Source: an uncultured Chloroflexia bacterium (GTDB lineage: Bacteria; Chloroflexota; Limnocylindria; Limnocylindrales; CSP1-4). From it: a DNA stretch of 64,000 nucleotides. Positions 20,261-28,710 of this stretch are shown in pieces. Position numbers and translations under genes: made by a program. Within the stretch, counting starts at the first letter, position 1, and each line of letters begins with the position of its first letter. The notes below the pieces were generated by a model that did not search any database, had not been told where the DNA came from, and saw only the letters and a program-made list of their open reading frames with translations. The stretch spans positions 4,248-68,247 of the forward strand of contig CAVUKR010000003.1 of the NCBI GenBank assembly GCA_963742075.1, read 5' to 3'.

Positions 20261-21085
20261 CTAGGCAAGTTCGCCTCGGAGCTGCATGAGCGCTCGGAGG
20301 ATCGGCCGGCGGACCTCGTCGGGCTCGTAGGCCGGGAATGGCGTGCGCGCCACGGCCTCGTCGAGGGAGAGCTCCCCGTCGCGCACTCGCCGTGCCAGGA
20401 AGGCCAGCTCCCCGATCGCGACTGCCTGCTCCTCGGCGAACGGGCGTCCGGCATGGTCGCCGTGTCCGGGCACGACGACGCCGACGACGAGCTCGGCGAC
20501 GCGGTATGCCGTCTCCGGCCAGTCCAGGGGGTAGGCGTCGCCGAAGAAGGGGACAGCACCGCCCTCGAGGAGGTCGCCGGCGAAGAGGATCGCGGCGTCC
20601 GGCACCCGGACGACGATGTCGTGATCGGTGTGTCCGCGCCCGAGGAAGCGAAGCTCGACGCGCCGGCCGCCGACCTCGACGTAGGCGGTCTCCGTGAAGG
20701 TCCGGTCGGGTGGGTCGATGACGACCTCGGCGAGATCCGCCGCGATCTCCGGGCTCTCCTCGGCGATCCTGGCCATCCGGGATCCGGCGGTCCTGCCCAT
20801 GAACGCCACGCAGCCCTCGTGTCCCCAGATCGTGGCGGGGCGGAACACGTGATTGCCGAGGACATGGTCGAAGTGACCGTGGGTGTCCACGACGACCGTC
20901 ACCGGTGAGGTGGTCAGCTCGCGAAGGTCTGCCAGGATCTCGCGCCCCTGGACGTGCGTCGAGCGGGTGTCCACGACGAGCGCCGCGCCGTCGCCGAGCA
21001 CGACCCCGATGTTCTGGTCGAAGAACGCGTAGCGCCGCACGAACACGCGATCGCCGACCTCGACCCACCCGCTCATCGGCGGCAT
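20261..21085 (-). CDS. MBL-fold metallo-hydrolase
   Basis: 274-aa ORF with THGHFDH, GHTDHD and GHGD motifs. Confidence 0.8.
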   Translation of the reverse strand: MPPMSGWVEVGDRVFVRRYAFFDQNIGVVLGDGAALVVDTRSTHVQGREILADLRELTTSPVTVVVDTHGHFDHVLGNHVFRPATIWGHEGCVAFMGRTAGSRMARIAEESPEIAADLAEVVIDPPDRTFTETAYVEVGGRRVELRFLGRGHTDHDIVVRVPDAAILFAGDLLEGGAVPFFGDAYPLDWPETAYRVAELVVGVVVPGHGDHAGRPFAEEQAVAIGELAFLARRVRDGELSLDEAVARTPFPAYEPDEVRRPILRALMQLRGELA

Positions 21086-21112
21086 GGTATCCGGCAGCGT
21101 CGAACATGGGGG

Positions 21113-21143
21113 TTGACAAGTAACTTAGTACTCACTAAGTTAC
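21113..21143 (+). promoter_or_regulatory. tetR promoter (TTGACA-17-TAAGTT) overlapping a palindromic operator
   Basis: TTGACA at 21113-21118 and TAAGTT at 21136-21141. Inverted repeat GTAACTTAG-tactca-CTAAGTTAC at 21120-21143. The ATG at 21149 implies a near-leaderless transcript. Confidence 0.55.
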
Positions 21144-21148
21144 GCGCC

Positions 21149-21728
21149 ATGAACGCCGCACCGACCGACCCGACAGACCGCCGACGAGCGGCGCGATGCC
21201 ATCATCGTCGCCGCGCTCCACGAGTTCGCCGAGGGCGGGTACTCGGGGACGTCCACCGAGTCGATCGCTCGTGCCGTCGGCGTCTCGCAGCCGTACCTGT
21301 TCCAGCTGTTCGGCACGAAGCGGGAGCTCTTCCTGGCCGTGGTCCGGCACGGGTTCCAGCGGACCAGGCTCGTCTTCCACGAGGCCGCGCGCCGCGGACC
21401 GTCCGACGATCAGGCCTGCTCGATCCTCGAATTGATGGGGACGGCCTACATGCGCTTGCTCGCGGACCGGGACCTGCTGCGGGTCCAGCTCCAGGCTTAC
21501 GCCGCCTGCGGCGACGAGGACGTCCGGCAGGTCGTTCGCGAGGAGTTCACGGAGCTGTACGCCTCGGTCAAGCGCGATAGCGGCGCGTCGAACGAGGAGA
21601 TCCATCACTTCTTCGCCGAGGGGATGCTCCTCAATGTCGCGGCCGCGCTCGAGCTCGGCGGGTCGCCCGAATTGTGGTCGCTCAGCGGTTCACTGGCGAG
21701 ATTCAGCGAGCTGGGAGGTGCCGTCTGA
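21149..21728 (+). CDS. TetR/AcrR-family transcriptional regulator (frameshift just after the start as assembled)
   Basis: ATG at 21149 gives MNAAPTDPTD. The HTH (ERRDAIIVAALHEFAEGGYSGTSTESIARAVGVSQPYLFQLFGTKRELF) and the rest (ORF 21339-21728) are in the +1 frame, which has no start of its own. Confidence 0.75.
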
Positions 21729-21763
21729 AGATCGTCGGCCGACCTGCCCCTTTTTTGGCCGCT

Positions 21764-21786
21764 GTACTTAGTGACCACTAACTTAC
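21764..21786 (+). promoter_or_regulatory. second TetR-type operator upstream of the MFS gene
   Basis: GTACTTAGTGACCACTAACTTAC shares the ACTTAGT / ACTAA(G/C)T half-sites with 21120-21143. It lies 22 nt upstream of the MFS ATG. Confidence 0.5.
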
Positions 21787-21807
21787 TTCGGAAGGAGCCC
21801 ATCGAAC

Positions 21808-23268
21808 ATGGATCGCACCCGGCGCAACGCCATCTGGACGTTCGTCATCACCTCGCTGGCCCTGTTCATGGTCGCGCTCGACAACCTCGTCGTGACGACC
21901 GCTCTCCCCGTCATCAAGCGTGATCTCGGCGCGTCGCTGGCCGACCTGCAGTGGATGGTCAATGCCTACACCCTCACCTTCGCGGTCCTGCTGATCACGG
22001 GCGCAGCGCTCGGCGACCGGTTCGGGCGCAAGCGCGTGTTCCTGATCGGCATGGCCACCTTCATCGGGGGATCCTCGTTGGCCGCCCTCTCGTCCTCGAC
22101 TGACGTCCTCATCCTTGCGCGCGCCATCCAGGGCGTCGGTGGCGCCATCGTCACGCCGCTGACACTGACGATCCTGTCGGCCGCGGTCCCGCCGGAGCGG
22201 CGTGCCGTCGCTCTGGGCGCGTGGGGCGGGATCGCCGGCCTCGCGATCGCCATCGGACCGTTGGTCGGTGGGGCCATCGCCGAGGGTCTCGACTGGCACT
22301 GGATCTTCTGGCTCAACGTGCCGATCGGGCTCGTCGTGATGCCGCTCGCCGCGTACGGCCTGACCGAGACCTACGGTCCGGAAGGCCGTCTTGATATCCC
22401 GGGCCTCGGCCTCATCAGCGGTGGCCTGCTTGCCCTCGTCTGGGGCGTCATCAACGGCAACGACCGCGGATGGGGGAGCCCCGAGGTCGTCGGTGCGATC
22501 GCGACCGGCGTCGTCCTGCTCGTCGCATTCGCCATCTGGGAGGCGCGGACGGCCCATCCGATGCTCCCGCTCAGCTTCTTCCGGAGTCGCGCCTTCAGCG
22601 CCGCCAACGGCGTGTCACTGCTGATGTACTTCGGGATGTTCGGGTCGGTCTTCCTGCTGGCCCAGTTCTTTCAGGTCGTCCAGGGCTACAGCCCGTTCCA
22701 GGCCGGCCTGCGGACGCTGCCGTGGACGGGGATGCCGATCATCGTCGCCCCGATCGCCGGGATCCTCGCCGATCGAATCGGCGGGCGCCCGATCCTGACC
22801 GCCGGGATGGCGCTCCAGGCCGTCGCGCTCGGTTGGCTGGCCGTCGTCGTGACCCCCACCGTCCCGTACGAGGAGATGGTCGTCCCGTTCATCCTGGCGG
22901 GGATCGGGATGGGCCTCTTCTTCGCCCCGATCGCCAACGTCGTCCTGTCGGCCGTTCGGCCCGAGCAGGAGGGCAAGGCATCCGGCGCGACGAACACGAT
23001 CCGTGAGGTCGGTGGCGTCTTCGGCGTCGCGGTCCTCGCCGCGGTCTTCACCGCGAACGGCAGCTACAACGATCCGACCGCGTACGTGGCGGGCCTGCAG
23101 CCGGCCATCGCGCTTGGTGCGGTGGTCGTTGGGCTGGGAGCCCTCGCCGCATTGTTCATCCCTGCTCGTGCCGGTGCCCGCGTCCGGACGCCGTCGCTCG
23201 TCCTCGCGGAGCGCGACGGGCAACTCGCCGGCGAGCCGGCCTACGCCTTCGCCGAGGTCGATCGATAG
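21808..23268 (+). CDS. MFS transporter, DHA2 (EmrB/QacA-like, 14-TMS) drug-efflux family
   Basis: 486-aa ORF after GGAAGGAG. LDNLVVTTALPVI, GALGDRFGRKR, and many hydrophobic segments. Confidence 0.85.
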   Translation: MDRTRRNAIWTFVITSLALFMVALDNLVVTTALPVIKRDLGASLADLQWMVNAYTLTFAVLLITGAALGDRFGRKRVFLIGMATFIGGSSLAALSSSTDVLILARAIQGVGGAIVTPLTLTILSAAVPPERRAVALGAWGGIAGLAIAIGPLVGGAIAEGLDWHWIFWLNVPIGLVVMPLAAYGLTETYGPEGRLDIPGLGLISGGLLALVWGVINGNDRGWGSPEVVGAIATGVVLLVAFAIWEARTAHPMLPLSFFRSRAFSAANGVSLLMYFGMFGSVFLLAQFFQVVQGYSPFQAGLRTLPWTGMPIIVAPIAGILADRIGGRPILTAGMALQAVALGWLAVVVTPTVPYEEMVVPFILAGIGMGLFFAPIANVVLSAVRPEQEGKASGATNTIREVGGVFGVAVLAAVFTANGSYNDPTAYVAGLQPAIALGAVVVGLGALAALFIPARAGARVRTPSLVLAERDGQLAGEPAYAFAEVDR

Positions 23269-23293
23269 CTGTGACGGCGGCCGCGACCGACAG

Positions 23294-23323
23294 ACGGGCC
23301 CGGGCATCGACGCCCGGGCCCGT
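23294..23323 (+). terminator. GC-rich hairpin downstream of the MFS gene (possible terminator without a U-tract)
   Basis: ACGGGCCCGGGC-atcgac-GCCCGGGCCCGT forms a perfect 12-bp stem. No T-run follows. Confidence 0.35.
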
Positions 23324-23341
23324 TCGCGTACCCTTGGGGCG

Positions 23342-24226
23342 ATGCCTTCGATCGTCAGCCACGTCCGCGCCGCCGACGGCATGGACCTGCTCGTCCGCCG
23401 GTGGCCGGACGACGAGGTCGAGGCCGGCGGCGCGTGGGCCGGCCCGCCGTGGGGATCGGTCCTGCTGGTCCACGGTCTCGGCGAACACTCCGGCCGCTAC
23501 GAGCACGTCGGCGACCAGCTGACCGGCGCCGGTCTCGAGGTGGCGGCCTACGACCATCGCGGGATGGGCGGCTCGGGCGGCCGGCGAGGCGACGTCGAGC
23601 GCTGGTCGCAATACCACGACGATCTCGAGGCGCGACTGGCGGATCTCCGGGCAGGTGCCAAAGGCCGACCGATCGTCGTGTACGCTCATTCCCTGGGCGG
23701 ACTGATCGCGGCCGGCTATCTCCTGGACGACCGGCCGAAGCCGAACCTCGCGGTCCTGTCGTCGCCGGGGCTCGACTCGACGCTGCCCGGCTGGAAGAAG
23801 CGGCTCGCGCCCATCCTGGCCCGCGTCGGGCCGACTGTGGCGGTCGCCAATGGCATCGACGGCAAGACGCTGTCGCGCGATCCCTCGGTCGCCGCGAAGA
23901 CGGTGGACGATCCGTTCTGTGTCAAGGTCAGCACCGCCCGCTTCGGCGCGCTCGCGCTGGCCGAGCAGGCCCGCGTGCGCGCGGCCGCGACGCGGGGGTT
24001 CGGGATCCCGACCCTCGTCCTGCACGGTGAGGATGACGGGCTCGTGCCCGTGGCGGCTTCGGCGGTCCTGGCGGGCGCGCCGCTGGTCGAGCGCCGGACC
24101 TATCCGAACCTCCGGCATGAACTCCACAACGAGCCGGAAGGCCCCGCGATCGTGGACGAGATCATCGCCTGGTTGCGACAAGATGCGGCCGGCGTGCCCG
24201 TGGGGCACGCCGGCCGTGATGGCTGA
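23342..24226 (+). CDS. alpha/beta hydrolase (lysophospholipase / monoacylglycerol-lipase-like)
   Basis: Internal ATG of ORF 23003-24226. LLVHGLGEHSGRY, nucleophile elbow AHSLGG, HGEDD, RHELHNEPE. Confidence 0.8.
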   Translation: MPSIVSHVRAADGMDLLVRRWPDDEVEAGGAWAGPPWGSVLLVHGLGEHSGRYEHVGDQLTGAGLEVAAYDHRGMGGSGGRRGDVERWSQYHDDLEARLADLRAGAKGRPIVVYAHSLGGLIAAGYLLDDRPKPNLAVLSSPGLDSTLPGWKKRLAPILARVGPTVAVANGIDGKTLSRDPSVAAKTVDDPFCVKVSTARFGALALAEQARVRAAATRGFGIPTLVLHGEDDGLVPVAASAVLAGAPLVERRTYPNLRHELHNEPEGPAIVDEIIAWLRQDAAGVPVGHAGRDG

Positions 24227-24237
24227 GACGGAGGGGT

Positions 24238-25164
24238 TCAGACGCCCATCGGCTGCGTCGCGGGTGGCGCGACGACAGGGCTCGCGCCGTGCTGGCGGAA
24301 GATCCGCCAGGCGAGCAGCAGGACGGCCCCGAATCCGAACAGGCTGGCGATCGGCACCACGAATGGGACGAGCCCGGCGACCTGCAGGACGATCAGCCCG
24401 AGGACGGACGCCAGGTACGGCCGTTCCGGTCGAGGCGTGTCGCCACGATAGAGCAGCCATTCACCGATCCAGATCCCGGCGACCAGGTATCCGGCAAAGG
24501 CCGCAGCCGGCCAGACCATCAGCAGGATGGCGAGGCCGAGCGGGAGGCCGATGATCGTCACCATCGCCAGGATGGCCACGAGCGGGACGACGACCAGGCC
24601 TGCGAGGCCGAAGACGAAGGTCTCGGCGGGTTCCTGGCTGATGAGCGCCTCGGCGTTCCGGACCTGCCGCGCCGCGAGGGCCGCCAGGGCGAGCGCCGCC
24701 ACGATCGTGACGAGCGCGAAGCCGAGGAAGAACAGCACGATCAGCGGGACGATGGCCACACCGAACGCGATGAGGTCAGCGTCGGCGGCGCGGACGGTGC
24801 CACTGACGACAGCTGTCGGGTCCTGCGTGACGGTCGCGTTGATCGTCCGGACGTCGCCGGAGACGGTCGTGCCGGCGCCGATGGTGACCGTGCCGCTGGT
24901 GACGAAGACGTTCTCGACGGTCGCGCCCTCGAGGTCCGCCGTCCCACTGATGACGACGACGCTCTTGACCGCTCCGGCGATCTTGGCGGTCCCGTTCGTC
25001 ACGATGACGACGTCCGCCTTGTCACCGGCCGGGAGCGTGACGTCTCCGTTGAAGGCCATCAGCACCGTGCCGTTGTGTTGCCCCGGATCGGCCGCCAGGA
25101 CGGCGGGTGCAGCGAGGCCCATCAGGATCGCGACCGTGGCGACGATGAGGAACAGTCGTTTCAT
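24238..25164 (-). CDS. membrane protein with N-terminal bactofilin-like beta-helical repeats
   Basis: 308-aa ORF. Signal peptide, repeated G.V...G.V.V.G segments, then about five TM helices. Confidence 0.6.
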   Translation of the reverse strand: MKRLFLIVATVAILMGLAAPAVLAADPGQHNGTVLMAFNGDVTLPAGDKADVVIVTNGTAKIAGAVKSVVVISGTADLEGATVENVFVTSGTVTIGAGTTVSGDVRTINATVTQDPTAVVSGTVRAADADLIAFGVAIVPLIVLFFLGFALVTIVAALALAALAARQVRNAEALISQEPAETFVFGLAGLVVVPLVAILAMVTIIGLPLGLAILLMVWPAAAFAGYLVAGIWIGEWLLYRGDTPRPERPYLASVLGLIVLQVAGLVPFVVPIASLFGFGAVLLLAWRIFRQHGASPVVAPPATQPMGV

Positions 25165-25302
25165 GAAGGGCCCTCCTGCGGTGCTGCGGGACAGATTCCA
25201 ACGACTCCATCCTGCGCAGCCACCGTTCGGGTGTCATCGGCCGGAAGCCACATTTTCGGGTGACATTCGGACGGGTGTACCATCCGGCCACAATCGAATA
25301 CC

Positions 25303-25392
25303 GCCTCCGGGGAGCGCACGTGCGCTGAGAGTGTGGCCATCGCCACAGACCCGCGGAACCTGATCCGGCTAGTACCGGCGAAGGAAGCAGGC
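25303..25392 (+). ncRNA. TPP (thiamine pyrophosphate) riboswitch
   Basis: GCCUCCGGGGAGCGCACGUGCGCUGAGAGUGUGGCCAUCGCCACAGACCCGCGGAACCUGAUCCGGCUAGUACCGGCGAAGGAAGC matches the THI-box core (GGGG.GC, CUGAGA, ACCC, ACCUGAUC.GG.UA.U.CC.GCG.AGG.AAG). Confidence 0.85.
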
Positions 25393-25407
25393 CCGTCGAC
25401 TCGCTGA

Positions 25408-25435
25408 CGCCGTCCCCGTTGCTTCGGGGGCGGCG
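25408..25435 (+). promoter_or_regulatory. riboswitch expression-platform hairpin
   Basis: CGCCGUCCCCG-uugcuu-CGGGGGCGGCG forms an 11-bp stem ending 6 nt before the ATG at 25442. Only a 2-U tail follows, so it is not a classical terminator. Confidence 0.4.
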
Positions 25436-25441
25436 TTACCT

Positions 25442-26590
25442 ATGCGAGATCAGACTGGAGGACTCGATGCCCGGAACCCCGCGGACGACCGCATGAGGCG
25501 GCTCCTCGCGACCCTGTGCGGTGTCGCGCTCCTCATCACCGCGTGCGGCTCGACTGCCGGATCACCCGCACCGTCTCCGTCGAATCCGGCCGTGTCGTCG
25601 CCAAGTGGGCGCCGACCGATGCGCCAACGACGGCGCCGACGGCCACGCCCACCGCGAAGCCGCTCGGGACCGTCCGGCTCGCCCTCGACTGGACCCCGAA
25701 CACGAACCACACGGGCTTCTACGTTGCCGACGCCAAGGGCTGGTACCGCGACGCCGGCGTGGATCTGCGGATCCTGCCCTACGGCACCACCACGCCCGAA
25801 GCGCTGATCGCCGCCGGACAGGCTGAATGCGGGATCAGCTTCCAGGACGCTCTCACCTTCGCCGCCGCCGCCGGTGCGCCGATCGTCTCGGTGATGGCGA
25901 TCCTCCAGCACACCGCCCAGCAGATCGCCGTCCTCGCCTCGTCCGAGATCCAGCGACCGCGGGACCTCGACGGCCGCACGTACGCCGGCTTCGGCTACCC
26001 GAACGAGGAGCCGACCCTGAAGTCGGTGATCAAGGCCGACGGCGGGAAGGGAACGTTCAAGACGGTGACGCTCGACACCGCGGCGTACGAGGCGCTCTAT
26101 GCGAAACGCGCCGACTTCGTGATCACCTTCGCGGCATGGGAGGGGATCGAGGCGGGCGAGCGGGGGATCCCGCTCCGGACCTTCGATTTCGGCGACTACG
26201 GCTTCCCGGACTTCTACCAGGTCGTGCTGGCCTGCGACAGCCGCTGGCTCGCCGCGAAGCCCGACCTCGCGCGCGCGTTCGTGGCGGCGACCGTCCGCGG
26301 CTTCGAGCTCGCCGCCGACGACCCGGACGGCGCGGCGGCGATCCTCGTGGCGTCGAACCCGGGCGTCTTCGACGGGAACCCGGCCCTGCCCAAGGCGAGT
26401 CAGGAGTTCCTCGCGTCCGGCGGCTTCCTGCGCGACCCGCAGGGCGCGGTCGGTCGCCAGACGCTTGACAGAGTGGCAGGGGTATTCGGGGTTCCTGTAC
26501 GACCAGAAGCTGTTGACCGGACCCGACGGCAAGCCGCTCGGCGCACCGCCCGACTACGCGGCTCTGTTCAGCAACGACTACCTGCCGTGA
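25442..26590 (+). CDS. NMT1/THI5-like (ThiY-type) ABC substrate-binding lipoprotein, spread over three frames as assembled
   Basis: Frame 1 holds the lipoprotein signal MRRLLATLCGVALLITACGS. Frame 2 holds LALDWTPNTNHTGFYVADAKGWYRDAGVDL...AWEGIEAGERG. Frame 3 holds EWQGYSGFLYDQKLLTGPDGKPLGAPPDYAALFSNDYLP*. The stop overlaps the permease GTG. Confidence 0.75.
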
Positions 26591-27387
26591 CCGCCGGCCC
26601 GGCCCGGCGCCTCGCCCGCTGGGGCCCGCCGCTCGCGCTGATCGGTGTGATGGTGCTGGCCTGGGAGGCGTACGTCCGGGTCGCCGAGCTGGACCCGATC
26701 ACGTTGCCGGCGCCGACGCGGGTGCTCGGGGCGCTGTGGGATTTCCGCGAGGCCGCCGTCGCCAACCTCGTCCCGACCCTGGTCGAGGCGCTCGTCGGCT
26801 GCGGGCTGTCGGTCGCGCTGGCGACCGGGACGGCGATCGCGCTCGATCGATGGGCGCCCGTCCGCCGCGCCGTCGAGCCTCTCCTCGTGACGAGCCAGAC
26901 GATCCCGATCGTGGCGATCGCCCCGCTGTTCGTGATCTGGTTCGGGTTCGGCCTGCTGCCCAAGGTCCTGATCGTCGTGCTGGTGACGTTCTTCCCGGTG
27001 ACCGTCGCGCTCCTCGACGGGTTCGGTCGGGTCGAGGAGGACGCGATGCTGCTGATGCGCTCGCTCGGCGCCACCGCACAGCAGACGTTCTGGGCGTTGC
27101 GCTGGCCGTCGGCGCTGCCGTCGCTCTTCACCGGCCTGCGCATCAGCGTCGTCTATGCGGTGATCGGGGCGATCTTCGGCGAGTACGTCGGTGCGACCGA
27201 CGGCCTCGGGATCTGGATGAAGCTGTCGCAGAACAGCTTCCGGACCGACCTCGTCTTCGCGGCCATCCTGCTCACAGCCGTGGTCTCGGTCGTGCTCTAT
27301 CTCGGCGTCGGCATCGCCGAGCGGCTCGTCGTACCGTGGTCTGCCGCCGAGCGGCGGCGACGCGGCTCAGCCATCATCGGCGGATGA
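26587..27387 (+). CDS. ABC transporter permease (NitT/TauT-ThiX type)
   Basis: GTG in a GTGA overlap with the binding-protein stop. Six TM segments and a conserved loop region (LLMRSLGATAQQTFWALRWPSALPSLFTGLR). Confidence 0.8.
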   Translation: MTAGPARRLARWGPPLALIGVMVLAWEAYVRVAELDPITLPAPTRVLGALWDFREAAVANLVPTLVEALVGCGLSVALATGTAIALDRWAPVRRAVEPLLVTSQTIPIVAIAPLFVIWFGFGLLPKVLIVVLVTFFPVTVALLDGFGRVEEDAMLLMRSLGATAQQTFWALRWPSALPSLFTGLRISVVYAVIGAIFGEYVGATDGLGIWMKLSQNSFRTDLVFAAILLTAVVSVVLYLGVGIAERLVVPWSAAERRRRGSAIIGG

Positions 27388-28700
27388 GCCAGGGACGGAC
27401 GATCGTCTTCTTCCCCGAGGGCGCCTTCGGGCCGACCAACAACTGCGTCGGGATCGGGCAGGTCCTGCGAGCACGTGGCCATCGGGTCGTGTTCATCGTC
27501 GAGGAGTCGTTCGCCGGGACCCTCGAGGCCAAGGGCTTCGAGGAGCGCCTGATGCGGCTCGGACCCAGGCCCGAGGTCGAGGAGGTCCCGGGGCAGTTCT
27601 GGATCGACTTCATCCGTGACACCGCGCCGGTCTTCCGCAAGCCGACGATCGAGCAGCTCGGCGAGTTCATGGCGCCGACCTGGCGGGCGCTGGTCGACGG
27701 CGCCATGTACGTCGACGCGCGTCTGACCGAGATCATCGACGAGCTCGCGCCGGACGTGATCGTCGAGGACAACGTGGTCGGCTTCCCGGCGCTCGCCGCA
27801 TCCGGCCGGCCGTGGGTCCGGATCGTGTCGTGCAACCCGGCCGAGCTGAAGGATCCGGCAGTGCCACCATTCTCGTCCGGCTACGCAGCCGGTGACCGCC
27901 GCGGCTGGGGGACCTTCCTGGATGAGGTCGGGCGGACGCACCGCGACCTGTGGGACGAATTCGACACGTTCTGCCGAGAGCACGGCGACACCGGGTTGCG
28001 CTACGGCCCGCATGGACCCGACTTCATCGCTGAATCGCCATGGCTCAACCTGTACGTCTACCCGGCCGAGGCGGACTACGCGCGCGAGCGGCCGCTCGGC
28101 CCGACCTGGCACCGACTCGATTCATCGGTCCGAGCGGCAGAGGCGACCTGGGAGCTGCCGGATCACCTGCGAGACGGCGACGGGGCGCTCATCTACCTCT
28201 CGCTCGGCAGCCTCGGCTCGGCCGATGTCGGCCTGATGCAGCGCCTGGTGGACGTGCTCGGAACCACGCGACACCGGGTGATCGTCTCCAAGGGCCCGCT
28301 GGCTGATCGGATCACGCTCCACGACAACCAGACCGGCGAGGGATTCCTGCCGCAGCCCGCGATCCTGCCCGAGGTCGACCTGGTGATCACGCACGGCGGC
28401 AACAACACGGTCACCGAGGCGTTCCACCACGGCAAGCCGATGATCGTCCTGCCCCTGTTCTGGGACCAGGTCGACAACGCGCAACGGGTCGAGGAGACGG
28501 GCTTCGGGCGGCGCCTGGCCACCTACGACTTCGGTGACGAGGAACTCACCGACGCGATCGACGCGTTGCTCGCCGACCCTGCGCTGCTGGCACGACTCGA
28601 GGGCGTGTCGGCCCGCCTCAAGGCCGATCCCGGGACCGTCCGGGCGGCCGACCTCATCGAGCGCGAAGCCGTGGCCGCCCGACCCCGGGGCGAGGCGTGA
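27384..28700 (+). CDS. GT1-family (UDP-glycosyltransferase / MGT-like) glycosyltransferase
   Basis: ATGA overlap with the permease stop. FFPEGAFGPTNNCVGIG..., C-terminal donor-binding signature VITHGGNNTVTEAFHHGKPMIVLPLFWDQVDNA. Confidence 0.8.
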   Translation: MSQGRTIVFFPEGAFGPTNNCVGIGQVLRARGHRVVFIVEESFAGTLEAKGFEERLMRLGPRPEVEEVPGQFWIDFIRDTAPVFRKPTIEQLGEFMAPTWRALVDGAMYVDARLTEIIDELAPDVIVEDNVVGFPALAASGRPWVRIVSCNPAELKDPAVPPFSSGYAAGDRRGWGTFLDEVGRTHRDLWDEFDTFCREHGDTGLRYGPHGPDFIAESPWLNLYVYPAEADYARERPLGPTWHRLDSSVRAAEATWELPDHLRDGDGALIYLSLGSLGSADVGLMQRLVDVLGTTRHRVIVSKGPLADRITLHDNQTGEGFLPQPAILPEVDLVITHGGNNTVTEAFHHGKPMIVLPLFWDQVDNAQRVEETGFGRRLATYDFGDEELTDAIDALLADPALLARLEGVSARLKADPGTVRAADLIEREAVAARPRGEA

Positions 28701-28710
28701 AGCGGGCGAT

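Noticed and set aside
25466-25495. A regulatory uORF (MPGTPRTTA*) between the TPP riboswitch and the binding-protein gene.
   Set aside because: Given the density of single-base indels in this region, it is at least as likely to be the true start of the binding protein separated from its signal peptide by another frameshift. It is mentioned under the binding-protein finding only.
25516-27387. A 623-aa fusion of substrate-binding protein and permease.
   Set aside because: The junction region translates to Arg-rich nonsense. The third frame holds the conserved binding-protein C-terminus and a stop that overlaps a GTG start for the permease.
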